The notes: generated from the letters alone by a model not told the origin. 64,000 nucleotides of DNA from an uncultured Verrucomicrobiae bacterium (GCA_963707025.1 CAVPOM010000009.1:192001-256000), one strand, 5' to 3'; shown: positions 9,316 through 19,111, numbered from the stretch's first letter. Translations and numbers: made by a program.

Positions 9316-9821
9316 TTTTCATGGGCGGCGATGGCCAGTTGCGGTTGTGACTTTATGGGTTGCGCGTCCACTGCGGTCATCAAATCCACGGGCGGAGCCT
9401 CGTTTGTGACAAGCCAGAATTTCTTCATGTCCTGCAGCACGGAGAAATATTCCCGAAAATCGAGCGGCTTGACGACATAAGCGTTGGCACCCAATTGAAA
9501 AGCCCGCACGATGTCCTTTCGCTCCCGGGAGGAGGTGAAGACGGCGACCGGGATGCTTCGCAATGTGGTGTCGCTCTTGATCTGTCGCAACACCTCCAAA
9601 CCATCCACCTTGGGCATTTTCAGGTCCAGCAACACCACCGCGGGCGGGCCGCGCTGAGGCGACCGGAACGCGCCGCGCCGAAACAGGCAATCCAGCGCCT
9701 CCGCGCCATCGCCCGCCAGAACAACCTCGCCGGGCGACTGGCCGGACGAAAGGGCGCGTCTCGTCAAATCCGCGTCCTTGGCGTTGTCTTCCGCCAGCAG
9801 AATCCATTTGTCTTTTGTCAT
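9312..9821 (-). CDS. Single-domain response regulator, Rcp1-like
   Basis: ILLAEDN, VVLLDLKMPKVDG, FTSS, LGANAYVVKP. Confidence 0.9.
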   Translation of the reverse strand: MTKDKWILLAEDNAKDADLTRRALSSGQSPGEVVLAGDGAEALDCLFRRGAFRSPQRGPPAVVLLDLKMPKVDGLEVLRQIKSDTTLRSIPVAVFTSSRERKDIVRAFQLGANAYVVKPLDFREYFSVLQDMKKFWLVTNEAPPVDLMTAVDAQPIKSQPQLAIAAHEN

Positions 9822-12184
9822 GGTTTCTCCTTTGGTACTTTTGGAATCGAGAAAGAAAAGGTCGCGCCGACATCCACCCTGCCTTCGGCCCAGACGCGCC
9901 CGCCATGCCGGCTGACAATGCGCCGGACATTGGCGAGGCCGATGCCAATGCCTTCAAATTCGTTGGCGGGATGCAGCCGCTGAAAAACGCCATACAGTTT
10001 GTTTGCGTATTTCATGTCAAAGCCGACGCCATTGTCGCGGACGAATAAAACGGCTTCGTCCGCGGAATCCGCCCCGCCGATTTCAATATTGGCCCGGCTG
10101 CGTTTACGGGTGTATTTCAAGGCGTTGGAAATGAGATTGATGATGACCTGCCGGAGCATCAGAGGGTCGCCCTGGACTTCCGGGAATGTCCCAATATGCC
10201 AGTCAATATTCCGTCCTTCGCTGTCGCGCCGCAGCTCACGGCGCGCCTCCTCCACGAGCACGGCCAGGCTGACAGGCTCGCGGCGCATTTCGGCGCGGCC
10301 CATGCGGGAAAAGGCGAGGAGGGCGTCAATCAGTTCGCCGAGATTTTTGGCGGAATCCGCCACAGTTTGGAGGTGGTCTCGCGAGTCTTTGTCAAGTTTG
10401 CCGGCGGCCTCGGTTTGCAGGATTTCGACGTAGCCGGCGATGTGGCGCAAGGGGGCGCGCAGGTCGTGCGAGATGGAGTAGCTGAAAGCCTCGAGCTCCT
10501 CGTTGGCGGCCTCGAGTTCCGCGGTGCGGTCTCGAACGCGCTGTTCCAATTGTTCGTTAAGCTGATGGATTTTCTCCTCGGCTTCCTTTTGTCGGGTCGT
10601 ATCGTGGGCGATTTTGGAAAAGCCCCGCAACCTGCCTCCCTCGTCGCGCAAGGCGGTAATCAGAGACTCCGACCAGAAGCGCGAGCCGTCCTTGCGCACG
10701 CGCCAGCCTTCACTGAGAACCGGCCCCTCCCATTCTGCGCGTTCCAAAAAGTCCCGCGGCGCGCCGCGCGTCACCTCTTCGGGCGGAAAGAAAACGGAGA
10801 AGTGTTTTCCGATGATTTCCTCGGCGCAAAAACCTTCGATGTGCTCCGCCCCCGCATTCCAGGTGATGACGGTGCCCTTCGGGTCCAGCATGTAAATCGC
10901 GTAATCCTTCACGTTTTCGACGAGCAACCGCAACCGCTCCTCGCTTTGTCGCAAGGACAATTCGGCCTGCTTGCGCTCGGTGATGTCGCGGATGAGCGCC
11001 GTGCAGCGTGGCGGTTCGTCCGTGGCAATACGGCTGATGCCAATTTCCGCCCGAAACTCGCCGCCGTCCTTGCGTCGCAGAGTCAATTCAATGGGCCGGC
11101 CGATGAGACTGCCGACGCCGTGCATCAGATAGTTCGTCAGCCCTTCGTGATATACTTCCCACATCGCCGGCGGGATGATCAACTCATCCATCAGCCGTCC
11201 CACTGCCTCGTCGCGGCTGTAACCAAAGATTTTTTGCGCGGCGGGATTCCATTCCTGAATTCTTCCATCGGTACCAATGAAAACTATGGCATCAAGGGCT
11301 GTCTCGAGGATGAGGGTTTTCATGGCCTCACTCCGGCGCAGTTTTTCCAGGTCCTGTTTCCGATCCGCGATGTTACGGACAATGACCTGGATGGCCTGGC
11401 GCTGTTGCAGGGTGAGCGGGGTGGCGGCCACTTCGACTTCTACGATGGAGCCGTCGCGGCGGACCAATTTGGCTTCCTCAAAGGGGAAAACGGGGGCATT
11501 TTCATTCAAACTGCGGACGTTCCCCTTCTCAATCTTCCTCCAGAAAAACGTGGTGCCGCTTTCGCGCAGCCTGGCGAACCGTTTTTCGAGGGCTTCCCAG
11601 GAGTCTGGATGGACGATTTCCTTGAGGGGCCGGCCGACGATTTCTTCGGTTTTTTCGACGCCGAGCAAACGCGCGGCAGCCATGTTCGCAAAGACAATCT
11701 GCCAGTCGCACTCCACAAAGAATGCATCCGGGCAAAACTCAATCAAGCGGCGGTAACGCTCCTCACTTTCGCGCAATTGCCGCTCCTTTTGTTGCAAGGC
11801 CGTGCGTTCCTCGGCCTGGCGCAAGGCGCGCTGGACCACCGGCACCAGTTTTGCGAGATTCTTTTTCAGGACGTAGCCCGTGGCGCCGTGCTCAAAAGTT
11901 TCGATTGTCTTCTCCTCCCCCAGCGCGCTGGTGACAAAAATAAAGGGAACCTCCGGGCATTTCTCTTGCGCGATCGCCAGCGCCGTAAACCCGTCGAACG
12001 AGGCCAGGCCATGGTCCGACAAAATCAAATCCGGCGGATTGCATTCCAGCTCACGGACAAACACCTCCCTGGTGTCCACCCGTTTCAGGCGAAAATTAAA
12101 GTTCCCTTTCCGCAGCGCATGATTCAGCATCACGACATCGGCGGGCATGTCTTCCACACACAGTATGCGAATCTCCTTCTTCAC
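9818..12184 (-). CDS. Hybrid kinase REC-PAS-PAS-PAS-HisKA-HATPase (Cph1/BphP-like transmitter)
   Basis: ILCVED receiver, three PAS/PAC repeats, FSYSISHDLRAPLRHI, VFQRLH, GIGIGLA; GTG start 12184 inferred. Confidence 0.9.
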   Translation of the reverse strand: MKKEIRILCVEDMPADVVMLNHALRKGNFNFRLKRVDTREVFVRELECNPPDLILSDHGLASFDGFTALAIAQEKCPEVPFIFVTSALGEEKTIETFEHGATGYVLKKNLAKLVPVVQRALRQAEERTALQQKERQLRESEERYRRLIEFCPDAFFVECDWQIVFANMAAARLLGVEKTEEIVGRPLKEIVHPDSWEALEKRFARLRESGTTFFWRKIEKGNVRSLNENAPVFPFEEAKLVRRDGSIVEVEVAATPLTLQQRQAIQVIVRNIADRKQDLEKLRRSEAMKTLILETALDAIVFIGTDGRIQEWNPAAQKIFGYSRDEAVGRLMDELIIPPAMWEVYHEGLTNYLMHGVGSLIGRPIELTLRRKDGGEFRAEIGISRIATDEPPRCTALIRDITERKQAELSLRQSEERLRLLVENVKDYAIYMLDPKGTVITWNAGAEHIEGFCAEEIIGKHFSVFFPPEEVTRGAPRDFLERAEWEGPVLSEGWRVRKDGSRFWSESLITALRDEGGRLRGFSKIAHDTTRQKEAEEKIHQLNEQLEQRVRDRTAELEAANEELEAFSYSISHDLRAPLRHIAGYVEILQTEAAGKLDKDSRDHLQTVADSAKNLGELIDALLAFSRMGRAEMRREPVSLAVLVEEARRELRRDSEGRNIDWHIGTFPEVQGDPLMLRQVIINLISNALKYTRKRSRANIEIGGADSADEAVLFVRDNGVGFDMKYANKLYGVFQRLHPANEFEGIGIGLANVRRIVSRHGGRVWAEGRVDVGATFSFSIPKVPKEKP

Positions 12185-12238
12185 AAAAAAAAATTCAACG
12201 ACACAAGATAGAATAGAACGCCTCCCGCGCGGCTTGAA

Positions 12239-12255
12239 GGTGGGTAAACACCCCA
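12239..12255 (-). promoter_or_regulatory. Operator box shared with rsbR upstream region
   Basis: Minus strand TGGGGTGTTTACCCACC vs TGGGGTGTTTACCTACC at 3025-3041 (16/17). Confidence 0.55.
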
Positions 12256-12449
12256 AAAGAGAAGGGCTGAAGACCGCTTTTTATTCGCGGAGGCAAAGGC
12301 CCACCGCCACCGGGCCGGCTGATCAGCCGGGAGTTGGGTTGATGCGAGATACGGCCCGGCGGATTGCGCCGCGCGCCAGGTCACATTGATGCATGGGGGC
12401 GAGGTTGTCATCGGTCACATTTTCCATGGTTCGGGCGATTCTTCGCTGC

Positions 12450-12614
12450 TCAGATGGAAACCACGACGGTCACTGTGGCTGAATTGGGAGACCCGACATT
12501 GTAATCCGAGCTGGCTGAAACGGTGAGCACACCTGTTCTGAGCACATCGAGTCTGCTGGGATTGACGAACACGGCAATGGACGACGCGCCGACGGGAATG
12601 ACCACCGAACCGCT
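12450..12614 (-). pseudogene. Calx-beta-like domain remnant, C-terminal half
   Basis: SGSVVIPVGASSIAVFVNP...LTVSASSDYNVGSPNSATVTV*. Confidence 0.55.
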
Positions 12615-12693
12615 ATGCCAAAGTGTTATGCCGAGCATCGCCTGAGAGAATCAACACGCATTAGCCAATTGATTTCAAGGCATTTACTGAGTT

Positions 12694-12778
12694 TGGTGCC
12701 CACGACAGGACTTGAACCTGTACGATGTTACTCACTAGAACCTGAATCTAGCGCGTCTGCCAATTCCGCCACGTGGGC
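12694..12778 (-). tRNA. tRNA-Leu, anticodon CAG, CCA encoded
   Basis: GCCCACGTGGCGGAATTGGCAGACGCGCTAGATTCAGGTTCTAG...GGTTCAAGTCCTGTCGTGGGCACCA; 85 nt, long variable arm. Confidence 0.97.
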
Positions 12779-12825
12779 ATCGCTGATTACCAACAACTTA
12801 CACCAAACAATTCTTCTCAAATTTT

Positions 12826-12849
12826 GCTTTGTATCCGGGCTTTGTATCC
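12826..12849. repeat. Direct repeat GCTTTGTATCC x2 (candidate integrase arm sites)
   Basis: 12826-12836 and 12839-12849, between tRNA and integrase remnant. Confidence 0.55.
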
Positions 12850-12864
12850 CGTAAACCTCGGCTT

Positions 12865-13059
12865 GTGAATCCAACACAAAATACCTTGCCGGGCGGCCGG
12901 AAGCGAGAGGAACACCTGTCCAAAGATGGCAGGTGGCGCTCGTTTCCGCGAGTGCCGCATCTGCTGCAATACGTCAGCAACCGCAATTACTATGGCAGAA
13001 TCAAACTGAACGGCAAGCTCATTCGTGCAAGTCTTGAAACAGCCGTCCGGACAACGGCC
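12865..13059 (+). pseudogene. N-terminal remnant of a tyrosine integrase
   Basis: SKDGRWRSFPRVPHLLQYVSNRNYYGRIKLNGKLIRASLET resembles integrase arm-binding N-termini; next to tRNA; no catalytic domain. Confidence 0.6.
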
Positions 13060-13242
13060 TGCAACGGCCAGTTCAGCCCCGTGGCTCCGGTGACCGGCCA
13101 TTGGGATGAATTGCAGACGATTGACCCGGGTTCAAATGAGATCATGCCACCCGGCAGCCTGACGGTGAAAGTCCGGTCAAAAGACGCCGCCAGTTGGAAC
13201 GCCATCAACCTCCGTGCCGTGCAGTTGACTCCCGCGGATTAA
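13060..13242 (+). pseudogene. C-terminal remnant of a carbohydrate-binding-module-like beta-sandwich
   Basis: APVTGHWDELQTIDPG...LTVKVRSKDAASWNAINLRAVQLTPAD*, fused in frame to the integrase remnant. Confidence 0.35.
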
Positions 13243-13277
13243 ACGAACGAAGCTTTCCGGATTCTGTCAAATAGAAA

Positions 13278-14318
13278 TCAGGCCAGCTTGCGCAGCTTGG
13301 TGACGCGGCCCACTTCGACCCACTCCACGACGAAGATATTGCCTGCCTGGTCGAAATAGGCGCTGTGCGGCGCGACGAATTTGCCGGGCGTGAAGTGGTC
13401 GCGCGATTTGTCGCGCAGACCAACATAGCTCCCGCCGTCTCCGAGATGGGCGATCAGCTTGTTGTTTTTGTCAAATAAAGTGACGCGCGATTCCAAATCG
13501 GGAATCACCATCATTTCGCCGCGCGCATGAAAATGGCAGGGCGCGCGCAATTCATCGGTGACAAAGGCGGCATGCCCGCCGTCCAGCGTGAAGTATTGCA
13601 GCCGCCGGTTGGCGCGGTCGGCGACGACCAGGAGAGGTTGGGCGCCGCGCGTGTCCACCATCAGGCCGTGCGGGCAGTCGGTCTGGCCGGGCAGCTTGCC
13701 CTTGCCGCCAAAGCTGCGCAGGTAGCGCGCGTCCCGGTCATACTGGTGGATAAAACTCTTGCCATAGCCGTCGGCCACATAAAAATTCCCGTTGGCCGCG
13801 GTGGCGACGTTGGTGGGGCAATACTCCTCCGGCGCGCTGTAGGCGGCGCAGGCCTCTGGCGCCCACATCCGCCAGAGTTCCTTTCCCTGCAAATCCGTTT
13901 TCGCCACCACATGCCGTTTCGGGTCGCACAGATAAAAAAACTCCTCGCCGCCCTCCCGGTTCAAATGCAGGCCGTGCGCGCCGCCCTTGTATTGTTTGCC
14001 CCACGAGCGGATGAATTTTCCGTCCGCGTCAAACACCACCACCGCATCCTCAACCGTCGCGCCCTTGCCGACGGTGTGCTTGATGTGAACGTGGCCCTGC
14101 GCATCCACCGCCACCCCGTGCGTATTGCCGTAAACATGGCCGGCCGGCAATTCGCCCCAATCGTGCAGGGCTTCATATTGGCAATCGCCCGCGCCGACAA
14201 TGGGCGCCCTGCTCCCGGATTTGTCTTGCGCCAGAATATGGGGCGCGACCAAGGCCGCCGCGGCCATTCCGCCGGCTTGTTTGATGAATTTGCGGCGGCT
14301 CAAATATGCCTGGTTCAT
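13278..14318 (-). CDS. Tat-exported NHL-repeat beta-propeller (peptidylglycine monooxygenase-like)
   Basis: SRRKFIK Tat motif; HGVAVD, FYVADGYG, PHG, VADRAN, PHSAYFD. Confidence 0.85.
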   Translation of the reverse strand: MNQAYLSRRKFIKQAGGMAAAALVAPHILAQDKSGSRAPIVGAGDCQYEALHDWGELPAGHVYGNTHGVAVDAQGHVHIKHTVGKGATVEDAVVVFDADGKFIRSWGKQYKGGAHGLHLNREGGEEFFYLCDPKRHVVAKTDLQGKELWRMWAPEACAAYSAPEEYCPTNVATAANGNFYVADGYGKSFIHQYDRDARYLRSFGGKGKLPGQTDCPHGLMVDTRGAQPLLVVADRANRRLQYFTLDGGHAAFVTDELRAPCHFHARGEMMVIPDLESRVTLFDKNNKLIAHLGDGGSYVGLRDKSRDHFTPGKFVAPHSAYFDQAGNIFVVEWVEVGRVTKLRKLA

Positions 14319-14362
14319 GGTTGAATTTTTGGCGGGTGTTGGCGAGCTCAATCCGGTGGTTT

Positions 14363-15865
14363 TCAAGCGATCAAATCATCAATCACTTTGGCCGGTTCCA
14401 CGCCGGTCAGCCGCTGGTCAAGCCCCTGGTAACGATAGGTGAAACGGAGATGGTCGAAGCCGAGCAACTTGAGCGCGGTGGCGTGGAAGTCGTGAACATG
14501 CACGGGGTCCTTGACGATGTTGTAGGAAAAATCGTCCGTCTCGCCATGAATCACCCCCGGCTTGGCGCCGCCGCCGGCCATCCACATCGTGTAACAGCGC
14601 GGATGATGGTCGCGGCCGTAATTGTTTTTCGTCAGTTCGCCCTGCGAATAGATCGTGCGCCCGAATTCCCCGCCCCACACCACCAGGGTGTCGTCGAGCA
14701 TGCCGCGCTGCTTTAAATCCTGGATCAATCCGTGGCAGGCCTGGTCCACGTCCTGGCACTGGCTGGGCAGGCGTCCGCTGACGTTGGAGTGGGTGTCCCA
14801 GTTGTTGTGGTAAATCTGCACGAAGCGCACGCCGCGTTCGACCAGGCGCCGCGCCAGCAGCGCCGTGTTGGCGAAGGTGCCGGGCTTCTTCGCCTGCTCG
14901 CCGTAAAGGGCGCAGGCCGCCTCCGATTCCTTCCCCAGGTCGGCCAGTTCCGGCACGCTGGCCTGCATCCGAAAGGCCAGTTCATACTGCTGCAGGCGGG
15001 TGTGGGTTTCCGGATCGCCCAGGTTGCGGTAATTCATTTCGTTGAGCGCGCGCAAGCCGTCCAGCGTCTTGCGCCGCACCTTTTCGTCCACCCCGGCGGG
15101 ATTGTTGATGAACAAAATCGGGTCCCCCGCCGTGCGGAAGGAAACGCCCGCGTGTTCGCCCGGCAGATAACCCGAGGACCACAACCGCGTGGAAATGGCC
15201 TGCAACTGCTCGGTGTTGGTGGATTTGGCGATGAGCACCACGAAGGTCGGCAGATTCTCGTTGAGCGAACCAAGGCCGTAGGAAACCCACGAGCCAAGGC
15301 AGGGCCGGCCGGTGATTTCATTGCCCGTCTGCATGAACGTGATGGCCGGTTCGTGGTTGATGGCGTCGGTCTTCATGGAGCGGATGAAGCAGAGGTCATC
15401 CACCATTTTCGCCGTCCACGGCAGCAGTTCGCTCACCCACATGCCGTTGCGGCCATATTGGGCGAACTTGAATTTGGACGGTGCAATTGGAAATCGTTTC
15501 TGCCCGCTGGACATCGTCGTCAGCCGCTGGCCCATCCGCACCGAATCCGGCAAATCCTTGTCGAACCACTCGCCCAGCACCGGCTTGTAATCAAACAAAT
15601 CCATCTGCGAGGGCCCGCCCACCATGTGCAGATAAATCACGCGCCGCGCCTTGGGCGGAAAATGCGGCCCGATGCCGTGCAGCATTTTCTGCGCGGCGGC
15701 GGCGGGAGATGTATCGTCGCCGGCCAGGAGCAGGTTGGGCGCGAGCATGGCCAGCGCCGCCGTGCCCATGAAACTGGCCCCGCGCTGGAAAAACTGGCGG
15801 CGCGTTTCATAGCGCACATAATCTTTGAAGACCGGATGCGGTTTGAATTCAGGAAACAAGTTCAT
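14363..15865 (-). CDS. DUF1501 family protein
   Basis: TRRQFF, MVGGPSQMDLFDYKP, ARRLVERGVRFVQ, WDTH, GEFGRT, GRDHHP. Confidence 0.9.
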   Translation of the reverse strand: MNLFPEFKPHPVFKDYVRYETRRQFFQRGASFMGTAALAMLAPNLLLAGDDTSPAAAAQKMLHGIGPHFPPKARRVIYLHMVGGPSQMDLFDYKPVLGEWFDKDLPDSVRMGQRLTTMSSGQKRFPIAPSKFKFAQYGRNGMWVSELLPWTAKMVDDLCFIRSMKTDAINHEPAITFMQTGNEITGRPCLGSWVSYGLGSLNENLPTFVVLIAKSTNTEQLQAISTRLWSSGYLPGEHAGVSFRTAGDPILFINNPAGVDEKVRRKTLDGLRALNEMNYRNLGDPETHTRLQQYELAFRMQASVPELADLGKESEAACALYGEQAKKPGTFANTALLARRLVERGVRFVQIYHNNWDTHSNVSGRLPSQCQDVDQACHGLIQDLKQRGMLDDTLVVWGGEFGRTIYSQGELTKNNYGRDHHPRCYTMWMAGGGAKPGVIHGETDDFSYNIVKDPVHVHDFHATALKLLGFDHLRFTYRYQGLDQRLTGVEPAKVIDDLIA

Positions 15866-15868
15866 GGA

Positions 15869-18800
15869 CTATTTGTTCAATGTTTCGTCCAGGTTCATCA
15901 ACTCGTTGGCCACCATCGTGTAAGCCGCGAGCGAGGCCGGGTCAACTTTCGCGTCCGGCTTGGATTCTCCCACCGCCAGCAAATCCGCCGTGTCGCGCGG
16001 CGACTGGCGGTAATGCGCCATGAAATCGCCCAGGCCGGATTGGACCACTTTTTTTTCCTCCGCGCGCAGGGGCCGCGCCAGCAACCGTTCCGCCATGAAA
16101 TCCATCCGCGCCGCGGGATTGGCGCTCTTTTCCAACGCCGCCTGCGCCAGATTTCGCGCCGCCTCCACGAATTGCGGATCATTGAGCGTCACCAGCGCCT
16201 GCAACGGCGTGTCCGTCCGGTCCCGCTGCACCGTGCAGGTCTCCCGCGACGGCGCGTTGAAAATCTCCATGGACGCCGGCGCGGCCTGGCGCTTCCAAAA
16301 AGTATAAATGCTGCGGCGATAAAGGCCCTCTCCGCTGTCCGGCTTGTAATTGCGCGTGTCGCCGGCGGGCATGCCCACCACGCTCCAGATGCCGGGTGGT
16401 TGATACGGTTTGACGCTCGGCCCCCCGATTTTTTCCACCAGCAAACCGCTCCCGGCCAGCGCCGTGTCCCGGATCATCTCGGCATCCATGCGGAAGCGCG
16501 GACCCCGCGCCAGCAGGCGGTTCTGCGGGTCCTTTTCCAACTTCTCCGGCGTCTCCTGCGCGGACTGCCGGTAGGCGGCGGACATCACCATCAATTTGTA
16601 AATATGTTTTACATCCCAGCCCGATTCGCGGAATTCCACCGCCAGCCAGTCCAGCAAATGCGGCTGCGACGGCGGTTCGCCCGCCACTCCGAAATCGCCC
16701 GCCGTCCGCACCAGGCCGGCGCCGAAAACTTCCTGCCAGAAACGGTTCACCGCCACCCGCGCCGTCAGCGGATTTTCCGGCCGCATCAGCCACTGGGCAA
16801 AGCCCAGCCGGTTGCGCGGCGCCTCCGCCGGCATCGGCGGCAAGGCCCCCGGGGTGGCCGGGGTAACGCGCTCGCGCCGCTGGTCGTATGCGCCCCGGAA
16901 AAGCACGTAAGCCGCGGGCGCGTTGGTCCGGTCCTGCATGACGTAGGCGACCGTGCCGCGTTTGCGGATTTCCATTTCCTCCGCGGCGAGCCGCGCCTTC
17001 ACCGCCACGGCTTCCCGATAGGGGGCGTCCAGTTGGTCCAGCCACAGCGCGACCATTTCCTCCTGCTCATTCTGCTTCAAGCCCGCCGCCGGCCTGCCCG
17101 CCAGCCATTGCAGGCGCGGCACTTCCGCCAGCCCGCGCGTCTCCTCCCGGTTCAAGGCGCGGTCATAAATCCGCAAATCCTGCAGGCCCGCGCCCGCCAC
17201 CACCGAACCGGTGTCGCGCTGGCCGATCTTGAAGGGCGCCTTGGTGCGGATGCTTTGCGTGAGGGAATCCTTGTCAATCGTCACCTCCTGCAATTCGCCG
17301 TTGATATAGATTTTCACCCCGCCCGCCTTCGATGAGCCGTTGTAGGTCACGCAGACGTGATTCCATTTATCGCGCGCCAATTCCTTTTTGGCGATGACTT
17401 TGATGGCGTTGTCCGGCCAACTGTGGATGAGGTGAATCGCCGGCTTGCTCTCGTCCAAAAACATATCCCAGCCGCGATAATCGCCATCCTTGTCCTGCAT
17501 CCGGGCGAACACCGCCCCATTGCCCACCTTTTCAATCTTCAGCCAGACGGCGTAGCTGAAGGCCTCGTCCCGCGCGAAATCGCCCACATTGGTCAGCGGC
17601 GGCACAGGCGGTTTTCCGGTGGTGAAAGCCTGCGCCGCCACCGCGCCGTCCTGCCACGCCAGGTTGGTTGCCAGTTCCAGATGTTGCTCCGCGCCGCCCG
17701 CGAAAATGGCCGCGCCATTGGTTCCGCCGTCATCCAGCGGCGCGTGGAACACCGGCTCCCCGGCCGGCAGGTTTGTGGCCAGCGCCGCCCAATCCGGGTG
17801 GGCCAGCCAGTTGGTCATCTCCACTTTTCCCTGCGTCTTGCGCTGCGCGATCCGCTCTTGGCCGGCCGATTCCTCCGCCGGCAACTCGCCCCACCGCTTT
17901 TCGTCGGCGGCCTTGGGAATCGTCAGGACCGGCGGCGTGTCCTTGATGTTCCCGTCCATCGCCTTCTGCGTCGTGTTGTTGAAAAAGGCGGACAGCGCAT
18001 AAAAATCTCTCTGCGGGAACGGATCAAATTTGTGGTCGTGGCAGACGGCGCACCCGGCGGTCAGGCCGAGCCAGACTTGCGAAGTCGTCTCCGTGCGGTC
18101 GCGCGCGTAGAGCACCAGGTACTCCTCCTCGATCAAACCGCCCTCGTTGCTGGTCATGTTGCAACGGTTAAAACCGCTGGCTGTTTTCTGGTCGCGCGTC
18201 GCGTTGGGCAGCAAGTCCCCTGCCAGTTGCTCGATGGTGAACTGGTCAAACCTCATGTTCGCGTTGAACGCATGGATGACCCAGTCGCGATACGTCCACA
18301 TCTCCCGGTAATTGTCGAAATGAATCCCGTGCGTGTCCCCGTAGCGCGCCGCGTCCAGCCAGTAACGCGCCCGGTGCTCGCCCCAGCGCGGCGACGCCAG
18401 CAGACGGTCCACCACCTTCTCATAAGCGTCCGGCGAGTGGTCGCTCACGAACGCCTCCACCTCCTCCGGCGTCGGCGGCAGCCCGGTCAAATCCAGGCTC
18501 ACCCGGCGGATCAAGGTGCGCCGGTCAGCCTCGCGCGCCGGCTTGAGTTTTTCCTGGTCCAGCCGCTCCAGAATGAAGGCGTCAATGGGGTTCCGCACCC
18601 AGCGCGCATTGCTCACCTTCGGCAACGCCGCCCGTTGCGGCGCCACAAAGGACCAGTGCGGCTCATATTTCGCGCCCGCGGCAATCCATTTCTTCAAAGT
18701 CTCTTTCTGCTGCGGCGTCAAAACCTTCTGCGTCTTTTCCGGCGGCATCACGTCGTCGTCCGTCGCAAAAATCCGGCGCACCAATTCGCTTCTATCCGGC

Positions 18801-19111
18801 TGGCCGGGGACAATCGGCCAGCAGCCGTCATCCAGTTTATTGGTGGCGTCCTCAAAACGATCCAGCCGGAGATGCGCCTTGCGGGCCGCCGAATCGGTGC
18901 CGTGGCACCGGAAGCAATTCTCCGAAAAAATGGGCCGGACCTCGCGGTTATATTCGGGCGCCGCCGCCACCGGAGACGCGGCCGCCGCAGGCAGGCCAGC
19001 CGCCATCAGCGACAGGGCCGCCATCTCTCCGCGCCACCGTCGGAACCGGGCGCAAACCCGAACTTGTGAAAATCTTGTCACCGTCACACAACCTTGCCGC
19101 CGCCCCTCCAT
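15869..19111 (-). CDS. PSD1/planctomycete cytochrome c protein (DUF1549, LamG, DUF1553)
   Basis: CFRCH and CAVCHDHKFDP heme motifs, LIRRVSLDLTGLPPT, NPLTARVAVNRFWQ, TPLQALVTLN; start uncertain. Confidence 0.9.
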   Translation of the reverse strand: MEGRRQGCVTVTRFSQVRVCARFRRWRGEMAALSLMAAGLPAAAASPVAAAPEYNREVRPIFSENCFRCHGTDSAARKAHLRLDRFEDATNKLDDGCWPIVPGQPDRSELVRRIFATDDDVMPPEKTQKVLTPQQKETLKKWIAAGAKYEPHWSFVAPQRAALPKVSNARWVRNPIDAFILERLDQEKLKPAREADRRTLIRRVSLDLTGLPPTPEEVEAFVSDHSPDAYEKVVDRLLASPRWGEHRARYWLDAARYGDTHGIHFDNYREMWTYRDWVIHAFNANMRFDQFTIEQLAGDLLPNATRDQKTASGFNRCNMTSNEGGLIEEEYLVLYARDRTETTSQVWLGLTAGCAVCHDHKFDPFPQRDFYALSAFFNNTTQKAMDGNIKDTPPVLTIPKAADEKRWGELPAEESAGQERIAQRKTQGKVEMTNWLAHPDWAALATNLPAGEPVFHAPLDDGGTNGAAIFAGGAEQHLELATNLAWQDGAVAAQAFTTGKPPVPPLTNVGDFARDEAFSYAVWLKIEKVGNGAVFARMQDKDGDYRGWDMFLDESKPAIHLIHSWPDNAIKVIAKKELARDKWNHVCVTYNGSSKAGGVKIYINGELQEVTIDKDSLTQSIRTKAPFKIGQRDTGSVVAGAGLQDLRIYDRALNREETRGLAEVPRLQWLAGRPAAGLKQNEQEEMVALWLDQLDAPYREAVAVKARLAAEEMEIRKRGTVAYVMQDRTNAPAAYVLFRGAYDQRRERVTPATPGALPPMPAEAPRNRLGFAQWLMRPENPLTARVAVNRFWQEVFGAGLVRTAGDFGVAGEPPSQPHLLDWLAVEFRESGWDVKHIYKLMVMSAAYRQSAQETPEKLEKDPQNRLLARGPRFRMDAEMIRDTALAGSGLLVEKIGGPSVKPYQPPGIWSVVGMPAGDTRNYKPDSGEGLYRRSIYTFWKRQAAPASMEIFNAPSRETCTVQRDRTDTPLQALVTLNDPQFVEAARNLAQAALEKSANPAARMDFMAERLLARPLRAEEKKVVQSGLGDFMAHYRQSPRDTADLLAVGESKPDAKVDPASLAAYTMVANELMNLDETLNK

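Noticed and set aside
12829..13242. 137-aa ORF as a functional novel fusion protein
   Set aside because: Looks like an accidental in-frame join of an integrase N-terminus and an unrelated C-terminus
14732..19069. 867-aa and 570-aa plus-strand ORFs
   Set aside because: Antisense to DUF1501/DUF1553 genes; typical high-GC shadow frames
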